Position numbers and translations under genes: made by a program. A DNA stretch of 64,000 nt from Ignavibacteriota bacterium (lineage in GTDB: Bacteria > Bacteroidota > Ignavibacteria > UBA10030). This document shows, in pieces, positions 29,007-39,002 of this stretch (the stretch's first letter is position 1; each line of letters begins with the position of its first letter). The stretch is taken from contig PMZI01000026.1 of assembly GCA_003170475.1 (NCBI GenBank), positions 2,114 to 66,113 on the forward strand, in the 5' to 3' direction. Below the pieces are notes generated by a model. That model had not been told where the DNA came from. It did no database searches and worked only from the letters and a program-made list of their open reading frames with translations.

Positions 29007-32000
29007 GCGACAACTCCTTTTCCGGAATCTTTCGGTATGACGATAACAAACTCGGTGAACTCTCCCGGTTGAGTGTTGACCGTTATTTCTCCTTTGTGCT
29101 CTTCCCGTATGATGTCGTAGGTGATCGAGAGCCCTAACCCTGTGCCGACACCGGCCGGTTTCGTGGTGAAAAATGGATTGAAGATTTTGTCGATGACTTC
29201 CTTTGGTATCCCGTTGCCGTTGTCGCGAATCCGGATTTCGACCTTGTTCCCGAGGCTCTTGGCGCTCACCTTGACTGTTGGACTGAACCCGTTCGTCGCT
29301 GAACGGCGTTTGTCATTCGCTGCATAGCACGCATTGTTGACGATGTTGAGGAACGCACGACTCAGATCCTGCGGTACGATGCTGACTTTGCCAATCGTGG
29401 GATCAAATTCGGTCTCGATCTTTACGTTGAACGACTGATCTTGTGCCCGCATGCCGTGATAGGCGAGATTCGTATATTCCGCGAGGAGGGCATTCAGATC
29501 GGTGTCCTGACGTTCGCCGGCCTTGCCCCTGGAATGGAGCAACATGCCGCGGACGATGCTATCCGCCCGCTTCCCATGCTCATCGATCTTTTGTACGTTC
29601 TGTTCGAGATTATCGAGGATCTCTGTGATCTCGATGGCTCGCTCCGGGTCGACACGATTCTTCTCATGAGCTAGCTCTTCACGAAGTTCATGGGCAAGTT
29701 CTTTGGAAAGCACGGCGAAGTTGGTGATGAAATTCAGCGGATTCTTGATCTCGTGAGCGATGCCAGCAGTCAATTGCCCCAGCGATGCCATCTTTTCGGA
29801 GAGCACAAGCTGGTGCTGGGCATCCTTGAGGTTCGTCAGAGTGTTTTGGAGCTCCTCTGTTCTCTTGTTCACGAGAGATTCGAGGTCTGCTTCCCTCTGT
29901 TTCAAACTATGGACCCGCCAGTAGTAGATGGAGGGACCGATTGTTAAGAAGAGAAGAATGGCGAGTGCAAGAAACCACTTCGTCTGGTAGAAATACGGCT
30001 TCAACTCGAAATCGAGAGAAGCTCCCTTTTCATTCCAAATCCCGTCGCTGTTTGCGGCAATGACTCGAAATGTGTAGTCGCCCGGTGAGACGTTTGTATA
30101 GTACGCTTCGCGCCTGCCGCCGGCATCAATCCAATCGGGGTCGGCTCCTTCAAGTTTGTACTTAAAGCGCACTTTGTCTCCGCCGATATAGCTCAGTCCG
30201 GCATAGTGGAATTCGAGCCGATTCGTTCCGGCAGAGAGTGTCACTGTCCCATTGAGATTCTTCGAAGATCCGTCGGCAAGAAGTCGCTCCACGACGACCG
30301 GAGGCGGTAACGGATTGAGCTTGATATCGAGAGGGTTCACGATCACAACGCCCTTCACGCTCGAGAAGGCGATTCGGCCGTCGCGCAGTCGGAACCCGGA
30401 GGGAGAGTACCCGCCGTTGCACTCCCGGCTTTCCATCCCGTCTGGTTCTCCGTACGATGTGCTGTGGACCATCTCTGACTTCCCGTCCGCGACATCATTG
30501 AGTTCCTTTTTGTTTACGCGGAAGACGCCTTTGTTGCACGACGACCAGATGTAACCCTGGCTGTCTTCAAACAGGACATAGCCGTTGAAGTCGAAAAGAC
30601 CCTGCTTCGGAGAGATCATGCTGAACCTTCCATCCTTGAACCGGGCAAAACCATTACTCGAAACCCCGAGCCAAACGATACCATCGTTGTCCTCGTAAAA
30701 CGATTGAACCCAGTTACCGACAAAGCCGTCTTCGGTGGAAACTTGCTTGAGCTTTCCGTCTTTGAACCAATACAAATGCTGGTTGGTGGCGACCCACAGG
30801 GTCCCTTTGCTGTCTTCCCAGATGTCCTGTATGAAGTTCGCGGGAGTGGCGACACTGTCCACACTGAAGAAGGGGGCGAACCTGCCGCCTCGTGCAATGA
30901 AGACGCGATTGTTCGACGAGACAACGAAAGCGCCGGATTTGAGCTTCGCCATTGCTTTGCCCTGAGGTTCCGGACCATTCGCGGTTTGCCGGGATTGCGT
31001 AGTGAATGTGCCATTCTTGAAGGAGGCCAGCCCGCGACTGGTTGAGACCCAGATAGTTCCCTCCTTGTCCTCTCTGAGAGAACGTATGTCGTTTGACGGC
31101 AGACCGTTCTTCGATGTATACGAAGTAACTGTGCCATCCTTGAAACGGTCCACACCTGCGGAGTTGGAGCCGATCCAGAGGGCGCCCTTGCTGTCTTCGA
31201 ACACTGGCTGCACGTTGTCGAAGGTCAACCCAGTGCGAGCGGAGTAGGTGATGAAGTTAGCGTTTCGGAATCTATCGATCCCGCCTCCGAAGGTACCCAA
31301 CCAGATGCTCCCTTCCCGATCAATGAGCATGGTTTGGACGACATTGTCAGACAAGCCATCATCTTGCCTGTAGCTTTCAAACTTGCCATTTGCATACCTC
31401 TTGATCCCTTTGCCCGTCACCAGCCACAAGCTTCCTTCACTGTCCTCACGAATCGAGTAGATGGTGTTTTCATCAGGATCAGAGGAAGCGTTCACCGTGA
31501 CAAATTTTCCGTTTTGGAATCGAGTCAATCCGCTTCCAGTGGCGAACCAAATGTCTCCCTTGGAGTCCTGGGTGATCTCATTAATAGAGAGGCTTGACAA
31601 TCCATCCTGTTTTGTGTAAAGCTTGCTCGAACTTCCGGAAACGGATAGAACGCCGCGCCGCGTCCGCATCCAGAGAGTACCGCTCCTGTCTTCAAAAATA
31701 TTGCTGAAATCACGCACCCTGAAGAATGCCGTATCAGGAAAAGCAGGAGTTCCTGTCAGAGTTTCGATCTTGCCATTGCTGAACCGCGCCAACCCCTTGG
31801 GAGTGCTCATCCAGAGGTTGTTCTTGCTGTCAAGACCAAGTGAATTGACGGTGTCGCTCGGGAGACCGTCCTTCACACTGTAATTCGAAAACTTTCCGCC
31901 TTTGAAATAGCTCAGGCCTCCGAATGTCCCAAACCAGATTCCTCCCTCTTTGTCCGCCGCCGCGGAGGTGGCGGTATTGCTCGGAAGTCCGTTCTTGGTT

Positions 32001-32407
32001 GTGAAATGTGTGAAGACTCCGTCTTGATATCGCGTTAAGCCGGGAGCAAATCCCTGAACTCTTATCCACAGAGCTCCGCTGCTGTCCGGAATCAAGCGCA
32101 AGAGCCAGGAATCAGGGAGTGCGTCCGTGTTGGCGCGATCGAAGACGGTGAACTTTACTCCGTCAAATCTGGCCAACCCTTCCTGTGTTGCAAACCAGAG
32201 ATATCCGTCTTTCGTCTGAACGATGTCGGAGGCGGAGTTTTGTGGGAAGCCATTTTGAGTCGTCCATCTGTCGTGCACATATTGCTTGATGGATTTCTTC
32301 TGTCCGAGGGAGTTGACCGTGAACAGGCTTGTGAGGAAAATGATCAACAAAACAGCTGATATCAGGGGTCTGGCTTGAACAGATGCTTCAGGTACTATTG
32401 GTGGCAT
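29003..32407 (-). CDS. sensor histidine kinase with periplasmic beta-propeller (Reg_prop) and Y_Y_Y domains
   Basis: Many 'D..G.LW.GT..GL' repeats, 'YTNVSPGDYTFRV.AAN.DG.W', transmembrane helix, 'AGIAHEIKNPL', 'FFTTKP.G.GTGLGL'. Confidence 0.93.
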   Translation of the reverse strand: MPPIVPEASVQARPLISAVLLIIFLTSLFTVNSLGQKKSIKQYVHDRWTTQNGFPQNSASDIVQTKDGYLWFATQEGLARFDGVKFTVFDRANTDALPDSWLLRLIPDSSGALWIRVQGFAPGLTRYQDGVFTHFTTKNGLPSNTATSAAADKEGGIWFGTFGGLSYFKGGKFSNYSVKDGLPSDTVNSLGLDSKNNLWMSTPKGLARFSNGKIETLTGTPAFPDTAFFRVRDFSNIFEDRSGTLWMRTRRGVLSVSGSSSKLYTKQDGLSSLSINEITQDSKGDIWFATGSGLTRFQNGKFVTVNASSDPDENTIYSIREDSEGSLWLVTGKGIKRYANGKFESYRQDDGLSDNVVQTMLIDREGSIWLGTFGGGIDRFRNANFITYSARTGLTFDNVQPVFEDSKGALWIGSNSAGVDRFKDGTVTSYTSKNGLPSNDIRSLREDKEGTIWVSTSRGLASFKNGTFTTQSRQTANGPEPQGKAMAKLKSGAFVVSSNNRVFIARGGRFAPFFSVDSVATPANFIQDIWEDSKGTLWVATNQHLYWFKDGKLKQVSTEDGFVGNWVQSFYEDNDGIVWLGVSSNGFARFKDGRFSMISPKQGLFDFNGYVLFEDSQGYIWSSCNKGVFRVNKKELNDVADGKSEMVHSTSYGEPDGMESRECNGGYSPSGFRLRDGRIAFSSVKGVVIVNPLDIKLNPLPPPVVVERLLADGSSKNLNGTVTLSAGTNRLEFHYAGLSYIGGDKVRFKYKLEGADPDWIDAGGRREAYYTNVSPGDYTFRVIAANSDGIWNEKGASLDFELKPYFYQTKWFLALAILLFLTIGPSIYYWRVHSLKQREADLESLVNKRTEELQNTLTNLKDAQHQLVLSEKMASLGQLTAGIAHEIKNPLNFITNFAVLSKELAHELREELAHEKNRVDPERAIEITEILDNLEQNVQKIDEHGKRADSIVRGMLLHSRGKAGERQDTDLNALLAEYTNLAYHGMRAQDQSFNVKIETEFDPTIGKVSIVPQDLSRAFLNIVNNACYAANDKRRSATNGFSPTVKVSAKSLGNKVEIRIRDNGNGIPKEVIDKIFNPFFTTKPAGVGTGLGLSITYDIIREEHKGEITVNTQPGEFTEFVIVIPKDSGKGVVA

Positions 32408-32723
32408 GGGTACCGGTGCCCTTCAGGTAATGGCGTGAGAGAACAGAAAAGCTAATGAAGACAGAACAGACCGCATGCCAATTGCGTTCCCAGGAATGCG
32501 AATTTGAGGTTGATTGATAAGGGGATTGTGTGATTGGCCTCGTCCAAGGTTTTCCATAAGCAGAGCAGAAATAGTGGACGTTACTCGCGCAGCTCAGTCC
32601 CTCGACAAGATGATCTTTGCCGTCACACGGTGGCCACTCGAGGGCAGCATTTGCAATAATCTTCTATATTGATTGCATCCGCGTCGCACCACACTTCGTC
32701 GACACAAAACAGGGAGTTTCGGC

Positions 32724-34835
32724 ATGAAATCACTCTTCTTTACTAGTGCCATCGTGTGTCTTGTTTCGTTGATCGCAGCTCAAGAGCAAAGGAAGGAACC
32801 GGCAGGTATGAATCCATTCTTCGCAAAGTACAATACTCCGTTTGAGACTCCGCCCTTCAACCTGATCAAGAGTGAGCATTTCATTCCTGCTTTCCTCGAA
32901 GGAATAAAGTATCAGAAGATGGAGATTGATGCGATTGTCACCAACCCGGAACTGCCCACATTCAAGAACACCGTGGAGGTGATCGAACGAAGCGGGCTGG
33001 CCCTGGACAATGTCGGCAGCGTCTTCTATGGCCTTCAGGGTGCAAACACCAACGACGATCTTCAGAAGATCGCGAACGAAATTGCCCCCATCATGTCAAA
33101 GCACCATGACGACATCAATCTCAACGCGAAACTTTTTTGGCGCGTCAAGGCTGTTTACGAGCAACGCGAGAAGCTGGGATTGAATGCCGAACAGATGAAA
33201 CTGCTCGATGACATGTACAAGAACTTCGTGAGAGGCGGGGCGAATCTCTCTCTTGAGAAGAAGGAGCGATTTCGGAAGATCAATAAAGAGCTTTCTCTGC
33301 TGGGATTGAAGTTCGACGAGAATGTTCTGAAGGAGACAAACAATTTCAGGCTTGTCGTCGAGAAGAAGCAGGACCTCGAGGGTCTCCCTCAGAGCGTCAT
33401 CGACGGCGCGGCCGATGCTGCGAAAAAAGCCGGAATGGATGGGAAATGGGTCTTCACTGTGCAGAAACCCAGCATGATACCATTTCTTCAGTACGCGAAG
33501 AATCGTGCCTTGCGAGAGGTGCTCCTCAAGGCGTACATCACGCGGGGTGATCACAACAATGAATTTGACAACAAGGCCGTTGTTTCGAAGATCGCATCCT
33601 TGCGTGTCGAGCGAGCGAACCTCCTTGGGTACAAGACCCATGCTGATTATGTTGAAGAGAGAAATATGTCCAAGACTCCCGAGGCAGTTTATGAATTACT
33701 GAACAAGCTCTGGGAGCCTGCGCTGACGAATGCTATGAAAGAGCGAGATGCACTGCAGGAACTCGAGAAGAAAGAAGGAGGCACGTTCAAGCTGGAACCC
33801 TGGGACTGGTGGTACTATGCGGAGAAGGAGAGAAAAGCCAAATACGATCTCGATGAAAATGAACTGCGTCCCTACTTCCTCCTTGAAAATGTGAGGAAGG
33901 GAGCATTCGATGTCGCCTCGAAACTGTACGGACTTCAGTTTATCGAGCGGAAGGACATAGCAAAGTATGTCGATGACATGACAGCGTTTGAGGTGAAACG
34001 CAGCGACGGATCGCATCTCGGCATATTGTATACCGACTATTTCCCGAGGTCCGGCAAGCAGGCTGGTGCGTGGTGCGGTAGTTTCCGGGGCCAGGAGTGG
34101 CGTGATGGCATGATGGTGACGCCGCTGGTCTACAACGTCGGCAATTTCTCGAGACCGACGGGCGGTAAACCGGCCCTGCTCAGCCCGGAAGAGGTTGGAA
34201 CGCTTTTTCATGAATTCGGACATGCACTCAACGCCTTGCTCCAAAACCAAACGTATCGAAGCCTCAGCGTTCCCGGCGATTTTGTGGAGTTGCCGTCGCA
34301 AATTATGGAGAACTGGGCATTCGATCCCGAAGTTCTGCACATGTATGCACGGCACTACAAGACCGGAGAGATTATCCCCCAAGCCCTGATCGACAAGGTT
34401 TCGAAGAGCGAGAAATTCAACCAGGGGTTCATCACGGTCGAATATCTTGCAGCGTGCTTCCTTGATATGGATTGGCATTCGCTCACCTCACCGACACTTG
34501 TCGATGCAAACGAGCTTGAACAGAAATCACTCGACAAGATCAAGCTCATGCCCGAAATCGTGGTTCGCTATCGCAGCACTTTCTTCAAGCATATCTGGAG
34601 TGCGGGAGGAGGCTACGATGCAGGATATTACTATTATATCTGGGCAGCCGTTTTGGACGCGGATGCGTTTGAAGCGTTCAAAGAGAAAGGACTGTTCGAT
34701 CAGGCCACTGCCAAGGCGTTCATGGAACACGTGCTGGCCAAAGGGGCCACGGACGATGCGATGAAGCAATATGAGAAGTTCAGAGGGAAGAAGCCGTCGA
34801 TCGAACCGTTGTTGAAGAAACGTGGTCTGCTCTAG
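32724..34835 (+). CDS. M3 family metallopeptidase (peptidyl-dipeptidase Dcp-like)
   Basis: HEFGH zinc motif, 'DFVELPSQ.MENW', 'GYYYYIWA.VLD.DAF'; ATG 32724 with AGGGAG and signal peptide. Confidence 0.92.
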   Translation: MKSLFFTSAIVCLVSLIAAQEQRKEPAGMNPFFAKYNTPFETPPFNLIKSEHFIPAFLEGIKYQKMEIDAIVTNPELPTFKNTVEVIERSGLALDNVGSVFYGLQGANTNDDLQKIANEIAPIMSKHHDDINLNAKLFWRVKAVYEQREKLGLNAEQMKLLDDMYKNFVRGGANLSLEKKERFRKINKELSLLGLKFDENVLKETNNFRLVVEKKQDLEGLPQSVIDGAADAAKKAGMDGKWVFTVQKPSMIPFLQYAKNRALREVLLKAYITRGDHNNEFDNKAVVSKIASLRVERANLLGYKTHADYVEERNMSKTPEAVYELLNKLWEPALTNAMKERDALQELEKKEGGTFKLEPWDWWYYAEKERKAKYDLDENELRPYFLLENVRKGAFDVASKLYGLQFIERKDIAKYVDDMTAFEVKRSDGSHLGILYTDYFPRSGKQAGAWCGSFRGQEWRDGMMVTPLVYNVGNFSRPTGGKPALLSPEEVGTLFHEFGHALNALLQNQTYRSLSVPGDFVELPSQIMENWAFDPEVLHMYARHYKTGEIIPQALIDKVSKSEKFNQGFITVEYLAACFLDMDWHSLTSPTLVDANELEQKSLDKIKLMPEIVVRYRSTFFKHIWSAGGGYDAGYYYYIWAAVLDADAFEAFKEKGLFDQATAKAFMEHVLAKGATDDAMKQYEKFRGKKPSIEPLLKKRGLL

Positions 34836-34843
34836 AGAATTCA

Positions 34844-34880
34844 CTGAAGGTGCGGATTCGAATCCGCACCTTCAGGTTTT
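34844..34880. terminator. perfect 32-bp palindrome, probable terminator
   Basis: CTGAAGGTGCGGATTC|GAATCCGCACCTTCAG followed by GTTTT, between convergent peptidase genes. Confidence 0.75.
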
Positions 34881-34897
34881 ACCTTCGCCGTTCGTTC

Positions 34898-36859
34898 TCA
34901 CTTCAACAAAACGATCTTCGTTGTTAATACTTTCTCGTCTCCTCGAACCAACACGAAATACACCCCGGAACTCAGGTTCGTGCCATTGATCGGAATCGAA
35001 TGCGATCCCGGATCGTACGTGGCATCCACGACTTCTGCGATACGCTGACCAGATACAGACACGAGTTCCACGGAAACGCGCATGCGCTTCGGTATCTCAA
35101 GTTGCAGCGTTGTCGTCGGGTTGAAGGGATTGGGATAGACGCCGATCGCAAATTCAGTCGGGACGTTTAGTTCGGCGACATTTGTCAATTGAGGCGTGCC
35201 CATCAGAATCCATCCGTCGGGATCAATTTGGTAAGATGTGTCGGCGGGAACGGTTGCCGTTCCGGTTCCATTCTGCATGTCCACGACCACGGTCTTGGTC
35301 CCGACCCTGACATCAACAGGAAACGGGAAGGGAAGGGCATTTGGTGTTGTCCACTGCAGGCTGAGAACCGTACCACTTTTGCTATATCGCAGCTTCGGAA
35401 GAGTCGGTTGCCGGAGATAGAGATTGAAGAACCAGTCGAGTTTCTTGCCTGTAGCCTGCTCTGCGATCTGAAGGTAATCGTTTGTCGTCGCCAGCCGGCA
35501 CTGTCGGCCATCAGTGACGGACTCCATCGCCGGATCAGGATAAGCGAATTTTCGGAACATCGAGAAAAACATCTGATCGCCAAGATAGTGGCGAAGCGTG
35601 TGAAGGATCCAGGCTCCTTTGTAGTACACGTCGTTGCTGGAGAACATTGCTGCTGCAGTCGTTGGTGCGTCCGGAGCGACAGGCTTCAAGTTCTGAATGG
35701 AGCCCTTCATGCCCGCCATATAGGTCTTGTATCGTGAGAAACCGGACATCCGTTCCACAAAAAGAGCTTCCATGTACGTTGCGAATCCCTCGTGAATCCA
35801 CACGTCGCTCCAGTCTTTCGCCGTCACGAGATTTCCCCACCACTCATGAGCAAGTTCATGCAGATGAATGTAGTCGAAGCCATATGAATTCAAGTTGAAG
35901 TTGTTTCCGTATGCGATGCAGGTCTGGTGCTCCATCCCGTAATACGGAGCGTCGACAAGGCAGTATTTTTCAGCTCTGAACGGAAAAGGACCGCACACCT
36001 CTTCGAAGAATCGCAGATCCTTGAGCCAGATTGACGAGTATTTCTTGGCAGAGTCAACATTGTACGGAAGAAACCAATACTCGCTCGGAATGGCCTGACC
36101 GGTGACGCTCTGGTAATCGATAGGGATACGTTGCAATGGTCCAAGATAGAAAGTCACACAATAATTGTTGATCGGCTCTGACACGTACCAATGAAATGTT
36201 TTCAGACTCCCATTATCACTCACGCCGAGCAATCGACCATTTGAGACGCAGGTGAGCGACGCCGGCACGGTGAAGTACAAGTCGACGGAATCGGGTTCAT
36301 CCGAGGGATGGTCCTTGCAGGGCCACCAGAGATCGGCTCCTCCTTCCTCGCATGCAACCCCGGCCCACACCTCTCCCGTTTTCGTATGTGTCCAGACGAA
36401 ACCGTCATCCCAGGGCGGATTCGCGGAAACCTTCGGCGTTCCCTTATAGGAAATCTCCACCAGGATCGAGTCGGACTTCTGCAGAACATAGGGCAGAGTA
36501 ATCCAGAGTCTCCCCGCCGGACGGCTGAAGAGAAGGGACTTGTTGAACTGCTGCTGGCCCTTCCAAATCACGGATTGAACGTTGAATGTCGAGCTCAGAT
36601 CCAGGACGAGCGTGCTCAGCGTATCCGTCGTGAGAGCTCGCATGAATGTGGTGCCGGTAATTGATTTTGCAGCAGTGTCGATGGTGAACATCAACCGATA
36701 GAAGAGGACATCGTAGGCAGCCTGTTCGCGGATGAGTGGACCTCCGGAATCCACCACCTTGCGCAGGTGCATCTCGGGATTGGGTTGTGCGGCAAGGCGT
36801 ATTGGTGAAAACGCGAGAGAGCATGCAAGGAACACGAAGAAACATCGGAAGGCAGCCAT
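34898..36859 (-). CDS. M1 family aminopeptidase with T9SS-type C-terminal sorting domain
   Basis: 'GMEHQ', HELAH followed by 'WIHEGFATY', 'VYYKGAW.LH.LR'; C-terminus 'YPNPFNP...LSSGVYF...TKIVLLK'. Confidence 0.9.
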   Translation of the reverse strand: MAAFRCFFVFLACSLAFSPIRLAAQPNPEMHLRKVVDSGGPLIREQAAYDVLFYRLMFTIDTAAKSITGTTFMRALTTDTLSTLVLDLSSTFNVQSVIWKGQQQFNKSLLFSRPAGRLWITLPYVLQKSDSILVEISYKGTPKVSANPPWDDGFVWTHTKTGEVWAGVACEEGGADLWWPCKDHPSDEPDSVDLYFTVPASLTCVSNGRLLGVSDNGSLKTFHWYVSEPINNYCVTFYLGPLQRIPIDYQSVTGQAIPSEYWFLPYNVDSAKKYSSIWLKDLRFFEEVCGPFPFRAEKYCLVDAPYYGMEHQTCIAYGNNFNLNSYGFDYIHLHELAHEWWGNLVTAKDWSDVWIHEGFATYMEALFVERMSGFSRYKTYMAGMKGSIQNLKPVAPDAPTTAAAMFSSNDVYYKGAWILHTLRHYLGDQMFFSMFRKFAYPDPAMESVTDGRQCRLATTNDYLQIAEQATGKKLDWFFNLYLRQPTLPKLRYSKSGTVLSLQWTTPNALPFPFPVDVRVGTKTVVVDMQNGTGTATVPADTSYQIDPDGWILMGTPQLTNVAELNVPTEFAIGVYPNPFNPTTTLQLEIPKRMRVSVELVSVSGQRIAEVVDATYDPGSHSIPINGTNLSSGVYFVLVRGDEKVLTTKIVLLK

Positions 36860-36964
36860 GAATTCCTGATCCTTAGACAGTGATCATCCCTATGGTGTTC
36901 AATTCTATTGTATCCCATTCCCGACAAAGAAGCAACTGCTCCACAACATTGCGCCTCATCGCTG

Positions 36965-36993
36965 TTGCCTTTCTCTCCGAACTACAGTAGTTT
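36965..36993 (+). promoter_or_regulatory. putative promoter TTGCCT-N17-TAGTTT
   Basis: Recurring motif upstream of the acyl-CoA ligase gene. Confidence 0.55.
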
Positions 36994-37058
36994 TGAAAGG
37001 TTCATTCAGAGACTCAGCCCTTTCCCGCACCGATCGGCCAAACAACATCACATGGATC

Positions 37059-38978
37059 ATGAATATTTCGACACCAAAGACAATTCCCAGCTTGTTTGAA
37101 GAGAGCGTCGTTCGCTATCCGGCCAACGTGCTGATGTGGGAAAAACGAGGGGAGAAATTTGAGGGGAAGACTTACAAACAGATGCATCAAGCCGTCCACG
37201 AATGCGCGGCTGGCTTGATGGATTTAGGCATCATGCCGGGTGACCGGCTGGCACTTATCTCCGAAGGGCGCAATGATTGGGTGACCGCTGAATTGGGGAT
37301 GCTGTATGCCGGCGCAATCAACGTGCCGCTTTCTGTGAAAATCGAAGAGCTGACTGACCTGCGCTTTCGTCTGGCTCATGCAGGGTGCCGGATGGCGGTT
37401 GTTTCCGGGTCTCAACTGCACAAGCTTCGCTCCATTAAACGTGACCTGCCCGATCTCGAAAAGATCATCGTCCTCGACGGCGATGTCAGACGTGGGGAGG
37501 ACGAATTACCTTTTGCTGATGTCATTCAAGGCGGCAAGCGATTTCTCCAAAATCACCGCACCGAGTTCGACAGCCGCTGGCAATCGGTCCGGGAGTCTGA
37601 CGCGGCGAATATCTGCTATACGTCGGGCACGACTGCGGATCCGAAGGGGATCATCTTGTCGCACCGCAACTACACAGCGAATGTAGAACAGGCTTCGGCC
37701 TTGCTGCCAATTCCGGAATGGTACACTTCGCTCCTCATCTTGCCTTGGGACCATTGTTTTGCGCACACAGCCGGCATTTACACGTTGATGAAGAATGGCG
37801 CAAGCATGTCATCCGTTCAGATCGGAAAGACCGGACTGGAAACCTTGAAGAACATCCCGGTGAATATCAAGGAGACACGGCCGGCATTTCTTCTGAGTGT
37901 TCCGGCGCTGGCGAAAAATTTCCGCAAAAACATCGAGAAGGGAATCAAAGACAAAGGCCCGGCGATTGAGAAGCTCTTCAAGAGGGCTCTGGAAATTGCA
38001 TACGCGTTCAACGGGATTGGGTGGAACCGCGGCGAGAATGCTACCTTTGCGGCAAAAGTGCAATACAAACTTTTCGATTTTCTCATCTTCCGAAAGATAC
38101 GACAGAGCTTCGGGGGGCGACTGGAATTTTTTGTGGGAGGAGGAGCACTCCTGGATATCGAACTCCAGAGGTTTTTCTATGCGATTGGCGTTCCCATGTT
38201 TCAGGGATATGGCCTGACTGAAGCAGCACCTGTGATATCGGCGAATGTGCCTGCTCGTCACAAGCTCGGTTCCTCCGGTGCCATCGTGCCAAACCTCTTG
38301 GTGAAAGTCTATGATGACCAGGGGAACGATCTTCCGGTAGGACAACAGGGAGAGATCGTGGTGAAAGGCGAAAACGTGATGGCTGGTTATTGGAAGAATG
38401 AGAAAGCCACGAACGAGACACTACGTGACGGCTGGCTCTACACAGGAGACCTAGGATATCTGGACAGTGACAACTTTCTATACGTGCTAGGAAGGGCAAA
38501 GAGCCTGCTTATAAGCCATGACGGAGAGAAATACAGTCCGGAAGGAATAGAAGAAGCGTTCGTCGGCAATTCACGCTTCATCGATCAGATCATGCTCTAT
38601 AATAACCAGTCCACCTATACGGTGGCACTCATCGTTCCCAACAAGGACAATCTGTTAGGATACCTCAAGTCCCGCAATTTAACGACGCACACAGCGGAAG
38701 GACAGGAGGCCGCGCTGAGACTCCTTGAGTCAGAGATTGGGCAGTACAAGAAAGGGGGCGCATATGAGGGAGAATTCCCTGAGCGGTGGCTTCCTGCTGC
38801 CGTTGCTGTTCTGGGGGAAGGGTTCACGGAGCAAAATCATTTCCTGAACAGCACGCTGAAGATGGTCAGAGGCAAGATTACTGAGTTCTATCGCGATAGG
38901 ATCGACTATCTCTTCACAGCTCAAGGCAAGGACATCTGTAATCAGCAGAACAAAGTGATCGTGAAGCGAATGAACTGA
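37059..38978 (+). CDS. long-chain-fatty-acid--CoA ligase (AMP-binding)
   Basis: 'YTSGTTADPKG', 'QGYGLTE', 'VMAGYW', 'TGDLG', 'GRAK'; start ATG 37059. Confidence 0.92.
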   Translation: MNISTPKTIPSLFEESVVRYPANVLMWEKRGEKFEGKTYKQMHQAVHECAAGLMDLGIMPGDRLALISEGRNDWVTAELGMLYAGAINVPLSVKIEELTDLRFRLAHAGCRMAVVSGSQLHKLRSIKRDLPDLEKIIVLDGDVRRGEDELPFADVIQGGKRFLQNHRTEFDSRWQSVRESDAANICYTSGTTADPKGIILSHRNYTANVEQASALLPIPEWYTSLLILPWDHCFAHTAGIYTLMKNGASMSSVQIGKTGLETLKNIPVNIKETRPAFLLSVPALAKNFRKNIEKGIKDKGPAIEKLFKRALEIAYAFNGIGWNRGENATFAAKVQYKLFDFLIFRKIRQSFGGRLEFFVGGGALLDIELQRFFYAIGVPMFQGYGLTEAAPVISANVPARHKLGSSGAIVPNLLVKVYDDQGNDLPVGQQGEIVVKGENVMAGYWKNEKATNETLRDGWLYTGDLGYLDSDNFLYVLGRAKSLLISHDGEKYSPEGIEEAFVGNSRFIDQIMLYNNQSTYTVALIVPNKDNLLGYLKSRNLTTHTAEGQEAALRLLESEIGQYKKGGAYEGEFPERWLPAAVAVLGEGFTEQNHFLNSTLKMVRGKITEFYRDRIDYLFTAQGKDICNQQNKVIVKRMN

Positions 38979-39002
38979 AGGTTCGGCTGGCTCCCCCTTT
39001 TG

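Noticed and set aside
29900..32300. Periodic repeats in the large kinase gene considered as an array
   Set aside because: Protein-level beta-propeller blade repeats, not DNA repeat-spacer structure; not CRISPR.
32466..32482. Possible sigma54 promoter (TGGCATGCGGTCTGT, minus strand) upstream of the kinase cluster
   Set aside because: The -12 TTGC element is not matched.
34844..34875. GATTCGAATCC resembling a tRNA T-loop
   Set aside because: It is the centre of a perfect palindrome between convergent genes; no cloverleaf can be built.
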